From the NCBI GenBank assembly GCA_965216635.1, contig OZ244188.1, forward strand, positions 1,888,001 to 1,952,000: a stretch of DNA of 64,000 nucleotides, written 5' to 3'. The notes under the pieces are model-generated. The model was not told where the DNA came from. It searched no databases and saw only the letters and a list, made by a program, of their open reading frames with translations. Position 1 is the first letter of the stretch. Every line of letters begins with the position of its first letter. Shown here in pieces: positions 20,551 through 30,182 of this stretch. This DNA is from a bacterium (GTDB lineage Bacteria; SAR324; XYD2-FULL-50-16; G965216635). The position numbers and the translations under genes are program-made.

Positions 20551-20865
20551 ATGGAACCAATTACAGCTACAGCCCTTCCCAAAGTATTGGGAAGTTTAGG
20601 TAAAACAACGTTTGTTTTATGTTCTGAGAAAAGATTGGAAAAACAGGCGGATTTAACGAAAGAAGAAGTAATGGGATGTAATCCTAATCCTAAAAGATGG
20701 ACGGGTAACTCATTGGGTACAAGAACCTCAACTCTTAAGAGAATATATTTTAATAACAAAGAAGGCGATGCATTGAAAATATGTATATCAGATGAACTAA
20801 GTCCTAAATTGCCTCTAGAAATTAAAAATATAGCAAAAAACATATTAGATAAAATCTCAATCTGA
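20551..20865 (+). CDS. small hypothetical protein (104 aa)
   Basis: ORF behind the MORN-gene leader; resembles the frameshifted gene at 21783. Confidence 0.65.
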   Translation: MEPITATALPKVLGSLGKTTFVLCSEKRLEKQADLTKEEVMGCNPNPKRWTGNSLGTRTSTLKRIYFNNKEGDALKICISDELSPKLPLEIKNIAKNILDKISI

Positions 20866-20975
20866 TCAATTTTAAGATATATCTATTTTCTTCTTCCTCC
20901 AAATCTTGAGCCGATAGGTTCGGGTAACAATTTTTTTTAAAGTAGTATTTTTTCTAACCTAAACTAAAAACAACA

Positions 20976-21695
20976 ATGAAAAAAATAATTATACTGCCAA
21001 TGGTTCTACTAGCGATAGGATTGCTGTTTACTTTTACTGCTTTTGCTGAGGATTGTCCTAAAAATATCAGTTATAAAGAAATAACAGAACAAAAACTTAC
21101 TTGTCTAGAAAGAACTTATCACAAAAATGGAAACCTAGAATGGATTGGAAATTGGAAAAATGGAAAGTGGGAAGGAGAATGGAAATATTATAGCGAGAAT
21201 GGAAACCTAGAATGGATTGGAAATTATAAAAATGGAAAGCGAGAAGGAGAACAGAAAGGGTATTACAATAATGGAAAACTAGAACAAATTGGAAATTATA
21301 AAAATGGAAAGTGGGAAGGAGAATACAAAGAGTATCACGAGAATGGAAATATACGGAGGATTGGAAATTATAAAAATGGAAAGCGAGAAGGAGAAGGAAA
21401 ATGGAAACATTATCGCGAGAATGGAAAACTACTAGCGATTGAAAATTATAAAAATGGAATGCGAGAAGGAGAAGGGAAAGGGTATCACGAGAATGGAAAC
21501 CTAGATTTTATTGGGAATTTCAAAAATGGAAACCCAGAAGGAAAATGGAAAATTTATCACAAGAATGGAAACCTATGGGCGATTGGAAATTATAAAAACG
21601 GAAAGAAAGAAGGAATATGGAAAGAGTATGATTCCACAGGAAAACTAAAACTTTGTAAAATTTTTAAAGAAGGGATTCAAACAGATTACTGCTAA
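20976..21695 (+). CDS. secreted MORN-variant (YwqK-like) repeat protein, 7 repeats
   Basis: signal peptide, DCPK...TCL N-cap, 24-aa YxxNGKLxxIGNYKNGKxEGExKx repeats, CKIFKEG...C C-cap. Confidence 0.9.
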   Translation: MKKIIILPMVLLAIGLLFTFTAFAEDCPKNISYKEITEQKLTCLERTYHKNGNLEWIGNWKNGKWEGEWKYYSENGNLEWIGNYKNGKREGEQKGYYNNGKLEQIGNYKNGKWEGEYKEYHENGNIRRIGNYKNGKREGEGKWKHYRENGKLLAIENYKNGMREGEGKGYHENGNLDFIGNFKNGNPEGKWKIYHKNGNLWAIGNYKNGKKEGIWKEYDSTGKLKLCKIFKEGIQTDYC

Positions 21696-21782
21696 TTTTA
21701 AAACAAATCTCAACAAAGCAATTATAAAACTAAAAGTAATCGGAAATTTTAAAAAAGCAAAACTAATTTCTAAAAAAGAATT

Positions 21783-22111
21783 ATGAATGAACAAGAGTTG
21801 AAAGAAAAATTAAATTCAGTTGGAAAAGAGGTTTTTGTAGAATGCTTTTCTATATTCCAAGATTACGCCAATGATCGTATCTCAAAAGAAGATTGTATTG
21901 AAAAATTAATGCAAAAATACCCAGGTAAAACAGAATCTGGTTGTAAAATTTGTTGTGGCAATGCAGACTAATTTTTAAAGCAAATATGGAGTGTAGAGCA
22001 ATAGGGTTGATTTGTGACAGTCGGGAAAAAACTGAACTATCAGACGAAACTATTGAACAAGCAATGGCATTATCACAAGAATGTAAAACTAAAAAGCATT
22101 GCAAATTATAA
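21783..22111 (+). pseudogene. frameshifted small hypothetical protein, related to 20551..20865
   Basis: frame stops at 21971, but a shifted frame continues LIFKANMECRAIGLICDS...KL* to 22111, matching the paralog pattern RIYFNNKEGDALKICISD. Confidence 0.55.
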
Positions 22112-22209
22112 AAATAGGAATACTACTTTTTAAAAAAAATTTTAGTTTTTCTTTGCAATTCATAAGAGTAGAAGGAAGCAAGGAAAGATATAAAATATTC
22201 ATTCCGTAG

Positions 22210-23130
22210 ATGGCGGATACAATAATTAAACTTAAAAAAGATAATACTATGAAACAAGGAAGTTCCACTAGACCTGAAGTTGTTTTTTACCCAAAAAATG
22301 ATGTGAATGTTTTTAAAAAAATGATTATTGAAAGTAAATTAGTATATATAAAACTTTATTATGCTAATAGAGAACCTGAAATAAAAGAATGGAAAGCAAG
22401 GAAATTTAAACTTTCATCTAACTTTTATAATAACTTACGGGCTGGTCCTTTCAAAAGATGGAAACAGAAAAGTATTTTAAAAGCTGAATTATCAGTTGAT
22501 ATAAATTTATTCCCAACAGAAAATCAAAATTTAGAGAATTTTGCAGAAAAAACCTTAAAAGAAAGAGATGCAGAAATCGAGAAAAGGAAACTTCGTGATC
22601 TATTAGTATCACCAGACTATCAATCTAAAATCAAGCGATTTATCGTTGCTGACCTGCAACAACATTGGGATTGTGACACCATAGACGAGGTATTAGAACA
22701 ACTGTCTATTTCGTATATTATACCTAAAACTTTTGAACCATCAAAGCAACCTCATGCGAGTGTATCACCAACCCATAAGATAAAAACAAGCAAGCTTTCA
22801 ATTGATAAAGAAATTAATAAAGTTAAAAGAAAGTTAAATCGGTGGGCTCGCAGACAAACACAAATTAATGCTAAAATATTAAATGCCTTTTTGGAATTAA
22901 AACGCTCTGGAAATAAATATATAACAGAGAAAAACATACAAGATAAATTAGATATACCTACTTTTATAAAAAATTTCCCTAAAATGAGAAATATTGCAGA
23001 AAGAAACCATGGCAAAATTTTTGTAGAAAAAAATGGTTGTATTGAAATATGGGAGCCTGTTAGTAAATTTGTATCTGAATATGAAGTAACTATTTTTGGA
23101 AATAATATTTGTGATAATAAAACTACCTGA
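22210..23130 (+). CDS. hypothetical protein (306 aa)
   Basis: long ORF in the accessory island; no motif confidently recognised. Confidence 0.7.
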   Translation: MADTIIKLKKDNTMKQGSSTRPEVVFYPKNDVNVFKKMIIESKLVYIKLYYANREPEIKEWKARKFKLSSNFYNNLRAGPFKRWKQKSILKAELSVDINLFPTENQNLENFAEKTLKERDAEIEKRKLRDLLVSPDYQSKIKRFIVADLQQHWDCDTIDEVLEQLSISYIIPKTFEPSKQPHASVSPTHKIKTSKLSIDKEINKVKRKLNRWARRQTQINAKILNAFLELKRSGNKYITEKNIQDKLDIPTFIKNFPKMRNIAERNHGKIFVEKNGCIEIWEPVSKFVSEYEVTIFGNNICDNKTT

Positions 23131-23187
23131 TGAGATATTTGCAGATTACTTTTTAATAAACCTTATATAAAAAAAACTTGCTAAAAA

Positions 23188-23397
23188 AGGTCTTTAAAAT
23201 TAGGCATTAGTCAAAGTCTAGGCAAGGCAAAAATTTATAAAAAAGCGGAGCATATCGTTTAAGCGAAATGCCAAAAAACTAATTCTTACCGAAAAAGGAC
23301 TGTAAGTAATTTTAAGCAATAAGACTAGTATGTGAGCATTTTTTATAAATTTTTAACGCAGCATAGATACAGTATAATGTCTAATTCAAAGGTCTCT
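23188..23397. mobile_element. palindromic MITE-like element (family B) with nested insert
   Basis: AAAAATTTATAAAAAA...TTTTTTATAAATTTTT inner stem, GCAAGGC and AACGCAGCATAG motifs, end AATTCAAAGGTCTCT. Confidence 0.75.
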
Positions 23398-23406
23398 AAA
23401 AAACTT

Positions 23407-24624
23407 ATGACTAAACAAAGGGTAACTTTCCAAAATAAATTTGGAAATCAACTAGTGGGAGATCTTGTTTTTCCCGTAGATAATAAGCCGTTGGCTTACG
23501 CACTTTTTGCACACTGTTTTACCTGCTCTAAAGATGTGAAAGCGATGACCTATTTGACAACTGCTTTGACGCAAGAAGGCATTGCAGTTTTAAAATTTGA
23601 TTTTACTGGGCTAGGAGCTAGCAAAGGAGATTTCGCAGATACTAATTTTTCAACGAATGTATTGGATTTATTGAGTGCAGCTGAATTTTTAGAAAAAAAC
23701 TACGAGGCTCCTAAATTACTTGTGGGACATTCATTAGGGGGGGCTGCTGTTTTACAAGCAGCTAGCGGAATAGAATCTGTTAAAGCTATAGCTACGATTG
23801 GGGCTCCTGCTGAACCTATCCATGTAAAACATTTGTTTGAATACAAGGAGGGTGAAATTAATGAAAAAGGGGAAGCAAATGTTTTACTAGCGGGCAGACC
23901 TTTTACTTTAAAAAAACAACTCATAGAGGACCTGCAAAATGCAGATCTTAAAAGTAAAATCAGTTCTCTAAGAAAAGCTCTGCTTATTATGCACTCTCCT
24001 TCTGATAACACTGTGGGAGTAGAAAATGCAGCAGAGATTTTTGGAGCTGCGAAGCATCCGAAAAGTTTTGTTTCTTTGGACGACGCTGACCATCTTCTTT
24101 TCAAAAAAGAGGATGCTCTTTACGCTGGACAGCTTATTGTTTCTTGGGCAAAAAAATACTTGCAAATTAAAGAAGTAGAGGAGACTTTCCCAGAAAAAGT
24201 CAACAATGTTTCTACGCGTACTCCAGCGGGTGGATTTCAAACCGAAATTAAAGTGCACCGTCACCATCTTTTAGCCGATGAACCAGAAAGCTACGGAGGA
24301 ACAGATACAGGACCTACTCCTTACGATTATTTAGGTGTGGCTTTGGGTGCTTGCACTTCTATGACTTTGCGGATGTATGCTGATAGAAAGAAATGGCCCC
24401 TAGAAAGTGCTACTGTAGAACTGAGTCATGCGAAAGTGCATTTTCAAGATTGCGATAGTTGTGAGGATAAAGGAAATAAAATAGATCAGTTTGAAAGAAA
24501 ATTATTTTTAGTGGGAGACCTTACCCAAGAACAGCGCGAAAGACTTTTAGAGATAGCTGATAAATGTCCCGTTCATAAAACTTTACACGCAGAGGTTTCG
24601 GTAAAGACTGTACTTGCTCAATAG
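23407..24624 (+). CDS. bifunctional alpha/beta hydrolase - OsmC family protein
   Basis: AHCFTCSKD, GHSLGG nucleophile elbow, C-terminal DEP...GPTPYD...GACT...KCPVHKTL; start moved outside the repeat to ATG 23407. Confidence 0.92.
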   Translation: MTKQRVTFQNKFGNQLVGDLVFPVDNKPLAYALFAHCFTCSKDVKAMTYLTTALTQEGIAVLKFDFTGLGASKGDFADTNFSTNVLDLLSAAEFLEKNYEAPKLLVGHSLGGAAVLQAASGIESVKAIATIGAPAEPIHVKHLFEYKEGEINEKGEANVLLAGRPFTLKKQLIEDLQNADLKSKISSLRKALLIMHSPSDNTVGVENAAEIFGAAKHPKSFVSLDDADHLLFKKEDALYAGQLIVSWAKKYLQIKEVEETFPEKVNNVSTRTPAGGFQTEIKVHRHHLLADEPESYGGTDTGPTPYDYLGVALGACTSMTLRMYADRKKWPLESATVELSHAKVHFQDCDSCEDKGNKIDQFERKLFLVGDLTQEQRERLLEIADKCPVHKTLHAEVSVKTVLAQ

Positions 24625-24666
24625 TAATTTTTGAGATTTATGAATTAGTATTATTTTAAGAATTAT

Positions 24667-25665
24667 ATGCAATATTTTATTAGGAAGTATGAAAAAATAC
24701 AACAAAGATTTTACTTTTTTATCTACCTACCGCTTTATGTAATTTATTTTAGAATAGAAAGAATTTTTAAAAAATCAAAACAAAAAAAGACTAAATATTT
24801 GATTTTTAAAGCTACGGGAGGCTTAACTCATTTTCTCCGAGGATTAGCCCATTGCATAGAGTATTCTAAAAACACAGATCATTTTTTAATTATAGACTGT
24901 AAAGCTTCTGCTTCTTTTGCAACAGAATTTAAAAACATTTTTTACCTAATAGATTCGCCTTATTCTGAAGACTATTCTTGTCTTAGCGCAGAAGCAAAAA
25001 AACTTCTACCTTTTAATTTTTCTCAAAAACCAGCAGTGTATATAAACGATAAAACCTGTAAAGTAGCTAGTGACCCTGCTGTTTTTATAAAGATCAATAA
25101 AATTCAAACAAAAAAACAACTAACCCAAATTTATGCGGGCTCAGGTTATAGCATAAAAAGACATAATCGTATATTACTGCGTCATTTAAGAGTCCAAGAT
25201 TCTATAAAAAAAACAATCTTAAAACAACAGATTAAAAAACCTTATATTGGAGTGCATTTTAGAAATACAGATATGAAGCACGATATAGCTAAAATTCTGA
25301 AAAAAATACAAGCTTATTTACTAAAACAAGAAAAAATAGAATTGGTCTATATAGCTACTGATGATGGAAACTCCATTAAAAAATTTAAGCAATTTATTAT
25401 AGAGTTCAATCAAAAAACAAAAAGGAAAGTCCAATGTTTATACCAAAAAAATATTCCAAACCCTGAAATTGGGAATATACACTACATTCCAGCAGATAAA
25501 TTAAAACAAAAGTTTGGATTGAATAAGATAGATTTTCATACTCAAGTTTTACAGGATATTTTTTTATTGTACCGCTGCACTTTTTTTATTCCAAGCCTTA
25601 AATCAGGGTTGTCAATTCTCGTAAGAATTATGCGAAAAAAAAAACAATGCTTTATAGTTCACTAG
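24667..25665 (+). CDS. GT-B fucosyltransferase-like protein (NodZ/O-FucT-like)
   Basis: N-terminal TM, GGL.H.LRGL, YIGVHFRNTD, VYIATDD, DIFLL..C.FFIPS.KSGLS pattern. Confidence 0.65.
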   Translation: MQYFIRKYEKIQQRFYFFIYLPLYVIYFRIERIFKKSKQKKTKYLIFKATGGLTHFLRGLAHCIEYSKNTDHFLIIDCKASASFATEFKNIFYLIDSPYSEDYSCLSAEAKKLLPFNFSQKPAVYINDKTCKVASDPAVFIKINKIQTKKQLTQIYAGSGYSIKRHNRILLRHLRVQDSIKKTILKQQIKKPYIGVHFRNTDMKHDIAKILKKIQAYLLKQEKIELVYIATDDGNSIKKFKQFIIEFNQKTKRKVQCLYQKNIPNPEIGNIHYIPADKLKQKFGLNKIDFHTQVLQDIFLLYRCTFFIPSLKSGLSILVRIMRKKKQCFIVH

Positions 25666-25685
25666 ATTCAACCAAAAAGATAGAT

Positions 25686-27014
25686 ATGACACAAAAGAAA
25701 AATTTCACCAAAAAGATTTTTGTGCTGGATACAAATGTAATTCTAAACAACGCAAACTCTATTTTTCATTACCCTGATGCCGAAGTTATTATTCCTCTCT
25801 GCGTTATCAATAAATTGGATGATTTTAAAAAACTTCTCAATTCTATTGGGAGGCACGCAAGACTTTTTTTAGAAAGAATAGAAGAATTTCAAAGTCAAGG
25901 AGACTTATCTAAAGGAATTTTATTAGAAAATAAAGCAACTTTACGGATTTATACGCCTCAGAAAATCTACCAAAAATTACCAAGTTATTTTGATACTAGT
26001 AAAACATCCACTCAGGTTTTGATGGCTTGTCTTTTATTACAAGAGGAAAATCAAAAGGTAAGTTTAGTGAGTAGCGATGTCAATCTTAGAATTAGGGCGA
26101 AAATTTTTGGCATAGAATCTCAGCCCTTTGATAATAAAGATATTGAAATTGAATCACTTTACGAGCCCATAGAAAAAATAGAACTATCGGATGCACAGTG
26201 GCAAGAATTACAAATCAGCGAAGCTGTAAATATTTGTCCGCAAAAGGCTTTTGAAAATAAATACTATCTAGCTCAAAGCAGTTCTCAAGAAAGGAGCGAA
26301 AAAGACTGTCTACTTCGTTTTTGGGGTAAATGGAAAAAATTAAAAAAAGTTACAGAGCATCTCCATATTTGGAATATTAATCCTAGAAATTTCGAGCAAA
26401 AAGCAGCTATTGATCTTTTACTAGATCCCAAGATTAAAATTGTATTTTTGGCGGGTAAGGCGGGTACCGGAAAAACTTTGCTTGCTCTAGCTTCCGCTAT
26501 AGAACAGCTCGTACAATTAAACCTTTATTCCAAAATTTTAGTAGCTAGACCTTTTGTTCCTATGGGTAGAGATATGGGTTATTTGCCGGGAGATATAATG
26601 GAAAAAATAATACCTTGGATGCAGCCTTTAATAGATAGTCTAGAATTTATAGCTTCTTACAACAATCAAAAAAGGCACTTTGACTATCAAAAAATGATAG
26701 ATAAGAAGTTGATTGAATTAGAAGCTCTGACTTATATACGTGGTAGGTCTATTCCCAATAGATTTATTTTGATAGACGAAGCCCAAAATTTGACGCCCCA
26801 CGAAATCAAAACTATTATAACTAGAGTCGGAGAAAATAGTAAAATTGTGCTGACAGGTGATCCCTATCAAATTGACAATCCATTTGTAGATACCTACTCC
26901 AACGGGCTTTCTTATGTGATGAATAAAATGAAGAATTCTGCCCTAGCAGGTTCGGTGTTTTTAGTAAAAGGAGAAAGATCAGAGTTGGCAGAACTTGCTT
27001 CTAATTTACTTTGA
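25686..27014 (+). CDS. phoH: PIN-domain PhoH family ATPase (PhoH2/YlaK-like)
   Basis: VLDTNVIL PIN start, GKAGTGKT Walker A, GYLPG, YIRGRSI, IDEAQNLT. Confidence 0.93.
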   Translation: MTQKKNFTKKIFVLDTNVILNNANSIFHYPDAEVIIPLCVINKLDDFKKLLNSIGRHARLFLERIEEFQSQGDLSKGILLENKATLRIYTPQKIYQKLPSYFDTSKTSTQVLMACLLLQEENQKVSLVSSDVNLRIRAKIFGIESQPFDNKDIEIESLYEPIEKIELSDAQWQELQISEAVNICPQKAFENKYYLAQSSSQERSEKDCLLRFWGKWKKLKKVTEHLHIWNINPRNFEQKAAIDLLLDPKIKIVFLAGKAGTGKTLLALASAIEQLVQLNLYSKILVARPFVPMGRDMGYLPGDIMEKIIPWMQPLIDSLEFIASYNNQKRHFDYQKMIDKKLIELEALTYIRGRSIPNRFILIDEAQNLTPHEIKTIITRVGENSKIVLTGDPYQIDNPFVDTYSNGLSYVMNKMKNSALAGSVFLVKGERSELAELASNLL

Positions 27015-27269
27015 AAACCTATCCCAAATTTTCTTAAATACTTCTTCGCCTGATGCAGCAGACACAGAACCTGCTCGTATTTCAGAAAGTCGTTTTTTTG
27101 CTAGCAGAGCCCATTTTTTATCAATTTCAGTCAATGGACGAATGGGACAACAAAGCTCACGTGGAGGGCTTAGACTAAGAAGAATAGAATCTACTACTAA
27201 CGCCCTTTCTTCTACCTGAAGTGTCTCAGATTTTAAGAGAGCCTCTTCAATAAGTTTTTTTGTATTCAT
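27006..27269 (-). CDS. addiction-module antitoxin-like protein (TIGR02574-like)
   Basis: L.VEERALVVDSILLSL...EIDKKW...AKKRLSEIRAG.V...GEEVF pattern. Confidence 0.75.
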   Translation of the reverse strand: MNTKKLIEEALLKSETLQVEERALVVDSILLSLSPPRELCCPIRPLTEIDKKWALLAKKRLSEIRAGSVSAASGEEVFKKIWDRFSK

Positions 27270-29452
27270 TAGCTAATAAAAAGAATATCCCTATATTTTG
27301 GTAATTGCCAGATTTTATCGTCCACCATACTTTCCAGAGTGTCTGCTTGCGTGCGGACAGCTTCCATAGCTGGAATAATTTTATCTCTATGGAATTGAGC
27401 TGCTTTTAACTCGCCTGTGACTTTTTTCTCTTGGGTTAAAAGAAATCCCAGCTTGTTTTTTTCTTCTATTAGTTTTTCAATAGTGCTTATTATTTTAGTG
27501 AGTTCTTTTTTTTGATTTTTGCTTGCGCCTCCAGCAGATTTAACAGCGGTAATAGATCTAGCTAATAGCTCTTGTTGTTGATAGCTATTGGGTAAAACGA
27601 TGCTCTCTATTATATCCAATAAAGCTCGGGCTTCAATTTGAGTGATAGTGCTATATTTTTCTGCACGGATGTTTTGCCTAGATAGAATTTCTTTTTCGCT
27701 TAAAACATTATACTTTCCAAAAAGTTCTACTATGTCTTTTCGTGTATAAATTTCAAAAGCCTCTACAGATTGGCGTAAATTCGGCAAACCTCTCTTTTTT
27801 GCTTCTTTTACCCAATCATCAGAGTAATTATCTCCATTGAAAATAACTCTAGAGTGTTTTTTAAAAATACCGCGAATAACAGATTCAACAGCGGAGCTCA
27901 GAGATTCTTTTTCAGCTAGTTTGTGTTCTATTTCTTCGGAAACATAGTCCATAGAATCGGCTACAATGGTATTGAGCGTAAAATTTGGTGAAGATGGGTT
28001 TTGAGCTGAACCTAACGCTCTAAATTCAAACTTATTTCCAGTAAAAGCGAAAGGAGAAGTTCTATTCCTATCTGTATCGTGTGTTGGAATAGATGGCATA
28101 GCCTTGATACCTAAATTAATACCTTTCTTTACAAAAAGATTTCTTTTTTTCTTTTCTTGGATTTCTAAAGATTTACCTTTTGCAATTTCAGTAACAACTT
28201 TTTCCAAAGTCTCCCCTAAGAAAATGGAAATAATCGCAGGAGGTGCTTCATTAGCTCCCAATCTGTGATCGTTGCTTGCAGAAGCCACAGATACTCTCAA
28301 GGCTTCGGCGTATTTATCTACTGCTCTAACTACACAGGCAACGGTGAGTAAAAATTGTAAATTACTCGCAGGGTTATCCCCAGGCTCCAATAAATTTTTT
28401 CCGTCTGCAGAAACTGCCCAGTTGCAATGCTTGCCGCTTCCGTTAATGCCCGCGAAAGGTTTTTCGTGAATCAAAAGCTGAAATCCGTGTTGATTGGCAG
28501 TCTCTTTCAAAACATCCATTATCAGAAGATTTTGGTCTACACTCAAATTAGCGTCTTGAAAAATAGAAGCTAATTCAAATTGTGAAGGTGCTACTTCGTT
28601 ATGACGGGTGATGACTGGAACTCCTAATTGATAAAGCTGGTTTTCTGCATCTTGCATAAAAAGTAAAACTCTTTTACGAATAGCCCCAAAGTAATGGTCG
28701 TCTAGTTCTTGCCCACGATAAGGCGGATTACCGATTAGGGTTCTGCCACAAGCAACTAAATCTGGTCTCGCAAAAAAATACTTTTTATCTACCAAAAAAT
28801 ACTCTTGTTCAATTCCAGCTGTAGTGCTTACAGATTTTGGAGATTTCCCCAATAATTTTAGGAGTCTCTTAGCGCTCTTTGAAAGAACATCTTGCGAACG
28901 GAGCAAGGGTGTTTTTAAGTCCAATGCTTCTCCTGTATAAGAAAAAAAAATAGAAGGAATACAAAGGGTAGCTCCAGATCCAGTCTCTCTAATAAAGGCG
29001 GGAGATGTAGGATCCCACGCAGTATAGCCTCTTGCTTCAAAAGTAGCTCTTAGTCCACCTGAAGGAAAAGAAGAGGCATCGGGTTCTCCTTGTACTAATT
29101 TAGAACCAGAAAATTCCATACTAATCTTGTTTGCTTTAAGTTCAATAAAAGCATCGTGCTTTTCTGCTGTATTGCCAGTTAAAGGTTGAAACCAATGGGT
29201 ATAGTGTGTGGCTCCTTGCTCCAGTGCCCATTCTTTCATTCCTTTAGCAACAGCGTCAGCAATACCAGAGTCTAAGGATTCTCTATGGGATATAGTTTTT
29301 TCTAATTTGTTAAAAATAAAAAGAGATAGTTTTTTCCTTCTTGCTTCGCGATTAAAAACTTTGCTGCCAAATATCTCTTCTATTTTTCCTAGTTTTTTAG
29401 TTCTTTTTTTTCTATCAGCAATGGCTGATGCAATTCTATAACGGTTATTCAT
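27269..29452 (-). CDS. glnN: glutamine synthetase type III
   Basis: HYTHWFQPLTG..AEKHD, GEPDASSFPSGGLRATFEARGY, HEKPFAGINGSGKH, DRNRTSPFAFTGNKFEFRA. Confidence 0.96.
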   Translation of the reverse strand: MNNRYRIASAIADRKKRTKKLGKIEEIFGSKVFNREARRKKLSLFIFNKLEKTISHRESLDSGIADAVAKGMKEWALEQGATHYTHWFQPLTGNTAEKHDAFIELKANKISMEFSGSKLVQGEPDASSFPSGGLRATFEARGYTAWDPTSPAFIRETGSGATLCIPSIFFSYTGEALDLKTPLLRSQDVLSKSAKRLLKLLGKSPKSVSTTAGIEQEYFLVDKKYFFARPDLVACGRTLIGNPPYRGQELDDHYFGAIRKRVLLFMQDAENQLYQLGVPVITRHNEVAPSQFELASIFQDANLSVDQNLLIMDVLKETANQHGFQLLIHEKPFAGINGSGKHCNWAVSADGKNLLEPGDNPASNLQFLLTVACVVRAVDKYAEALRVSVASASNDHRLGANEAPPAIISIFLGETLEKVVTEIAKGKSLEIQEKKKRNLFVKKGINLGIKAMPSIPTHDTDRNRTSPFAFTGNKFEFRALGSAQNPSSPNFTLNTIVADSMDYVSEEIEHKLAEKESLSSAVESVIRGIFKKHSRVIFNGDNYSDDWVKEAKKRGLPNLRQSVEAFEIYTRKDIVELFGKYNVLSEKEILSRQNIRAEKYSTITQIEARALLDIIESIVLPNSYQQQELLARSITAVKSAGGASKNQKKELTKIISTIEKLIEEKNKLGFLLTQEKKVTGELKAAQFHRDKIIPAMEAVRTQADTLESMVDDKIWQLPKYRDILFIS

Positions 29453-29517
29453 AATTTATAATTCATAATATTTTAGTTGTTAGGTAGTCCTCTTTACTTT
29501 TTGCGTCTTCAAACAAT

Positions 29518-29544
29518 GAGACCTTTGAGTCAGACAAAAGTCTC
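29518..29544. repeat. minimal hairpin made of the two family B termini (GAGACCTTTG...CAAAAGTCTC)
   Basis: 27-bp inverted repeat flanked by imperfect direct repeats TTTTTG(C/A)GTCTTCAAA. Confidence 0.5.
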
Positions 29545-29571
29545 TGTTTTTTGAGTCTTCAAAAATAAAGG

Positions 29572-30015
29572 CTAGTTCCAAATTTCATTCCAGTTGTTAT
29601 CACCCACTTTAATATACTGGGCGGTATTGCTTTCCCAATCACCACGTACACCTATACTATAGTTTAGATAAAGTTTCCCATCTTCTATAGTCCAAGCTTC
29701 AGGCACAGTAGACGCAAATTGTCCAGCTACTGCCATAGCATAAGCACAAAACCCACCATATTGAGGCGCATATTTTTCAGGATTGCTCTTAAAGAGATCC
29801 ATATTTTTTTTACTGGAAAACCTCCAAGTAGCTCCATTCCATTTGTATTGAAAGCGAGAATCCCCCTTTACTGGTTTAGCCTGTGTAAAATAGGCTACAG
29901 GATCAAAGCCGCGAATAGCTCTTCCATTAAAAGAAGTAAAAACCTTGTCTTTTGCTATAATAGCAGTGATGCTAAAAACAAAAAACAAACTAGCTAGTAT
30001 TATTAGTTTTTTCAT
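29572..30015 (-). CDS. exported YHS-domain family protein
   Basis: signal peptide, AIRGFDPVAYF, PEKYAPQYGGFCAYAM, DGKLYLNY. Confidence 0.9.
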   Translation of the reverse strand: MKKLIILASLFFVFSITAIIAKDKVFTSFNGRAIRGFDPVAYFTQAKPVKGDSRFQYKWNGATWRFSSKKNMDLFKSNPEKYAPQYGGFCAYAMAVAGQFASTVPEAWTIEDGKLYLNYSIGVRGDWESNTAQYIKVGDNNWNEIWN

Positions 30016-30182
30016 TTCTGATTATTTTGAGTTAGTCATTAAAATTCTAATAGTATAGAATTATTCTTCTAATGTCAAGTCTGAAATATTAAAGAGTTAA
30101 CATTTTAGAGAAAAATAACAGCTTGATTTATTTTAAAATCTCTCTAAAGTAGTATTTTTTCTAACCTAAACTAAAAACAACA

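Noticed and set aside
17742..23130. Integron cassette array or prophage
   Set aside because: No integrase, no attC-like RYYYAAC…GTTRRRY sites recognised, and no phage structural genes
29572..30015. Selenoprotein form of the YHS protein
   Set aside because: The GGFCAY Cys is an ordinary Cys codon; no in-frame TGA
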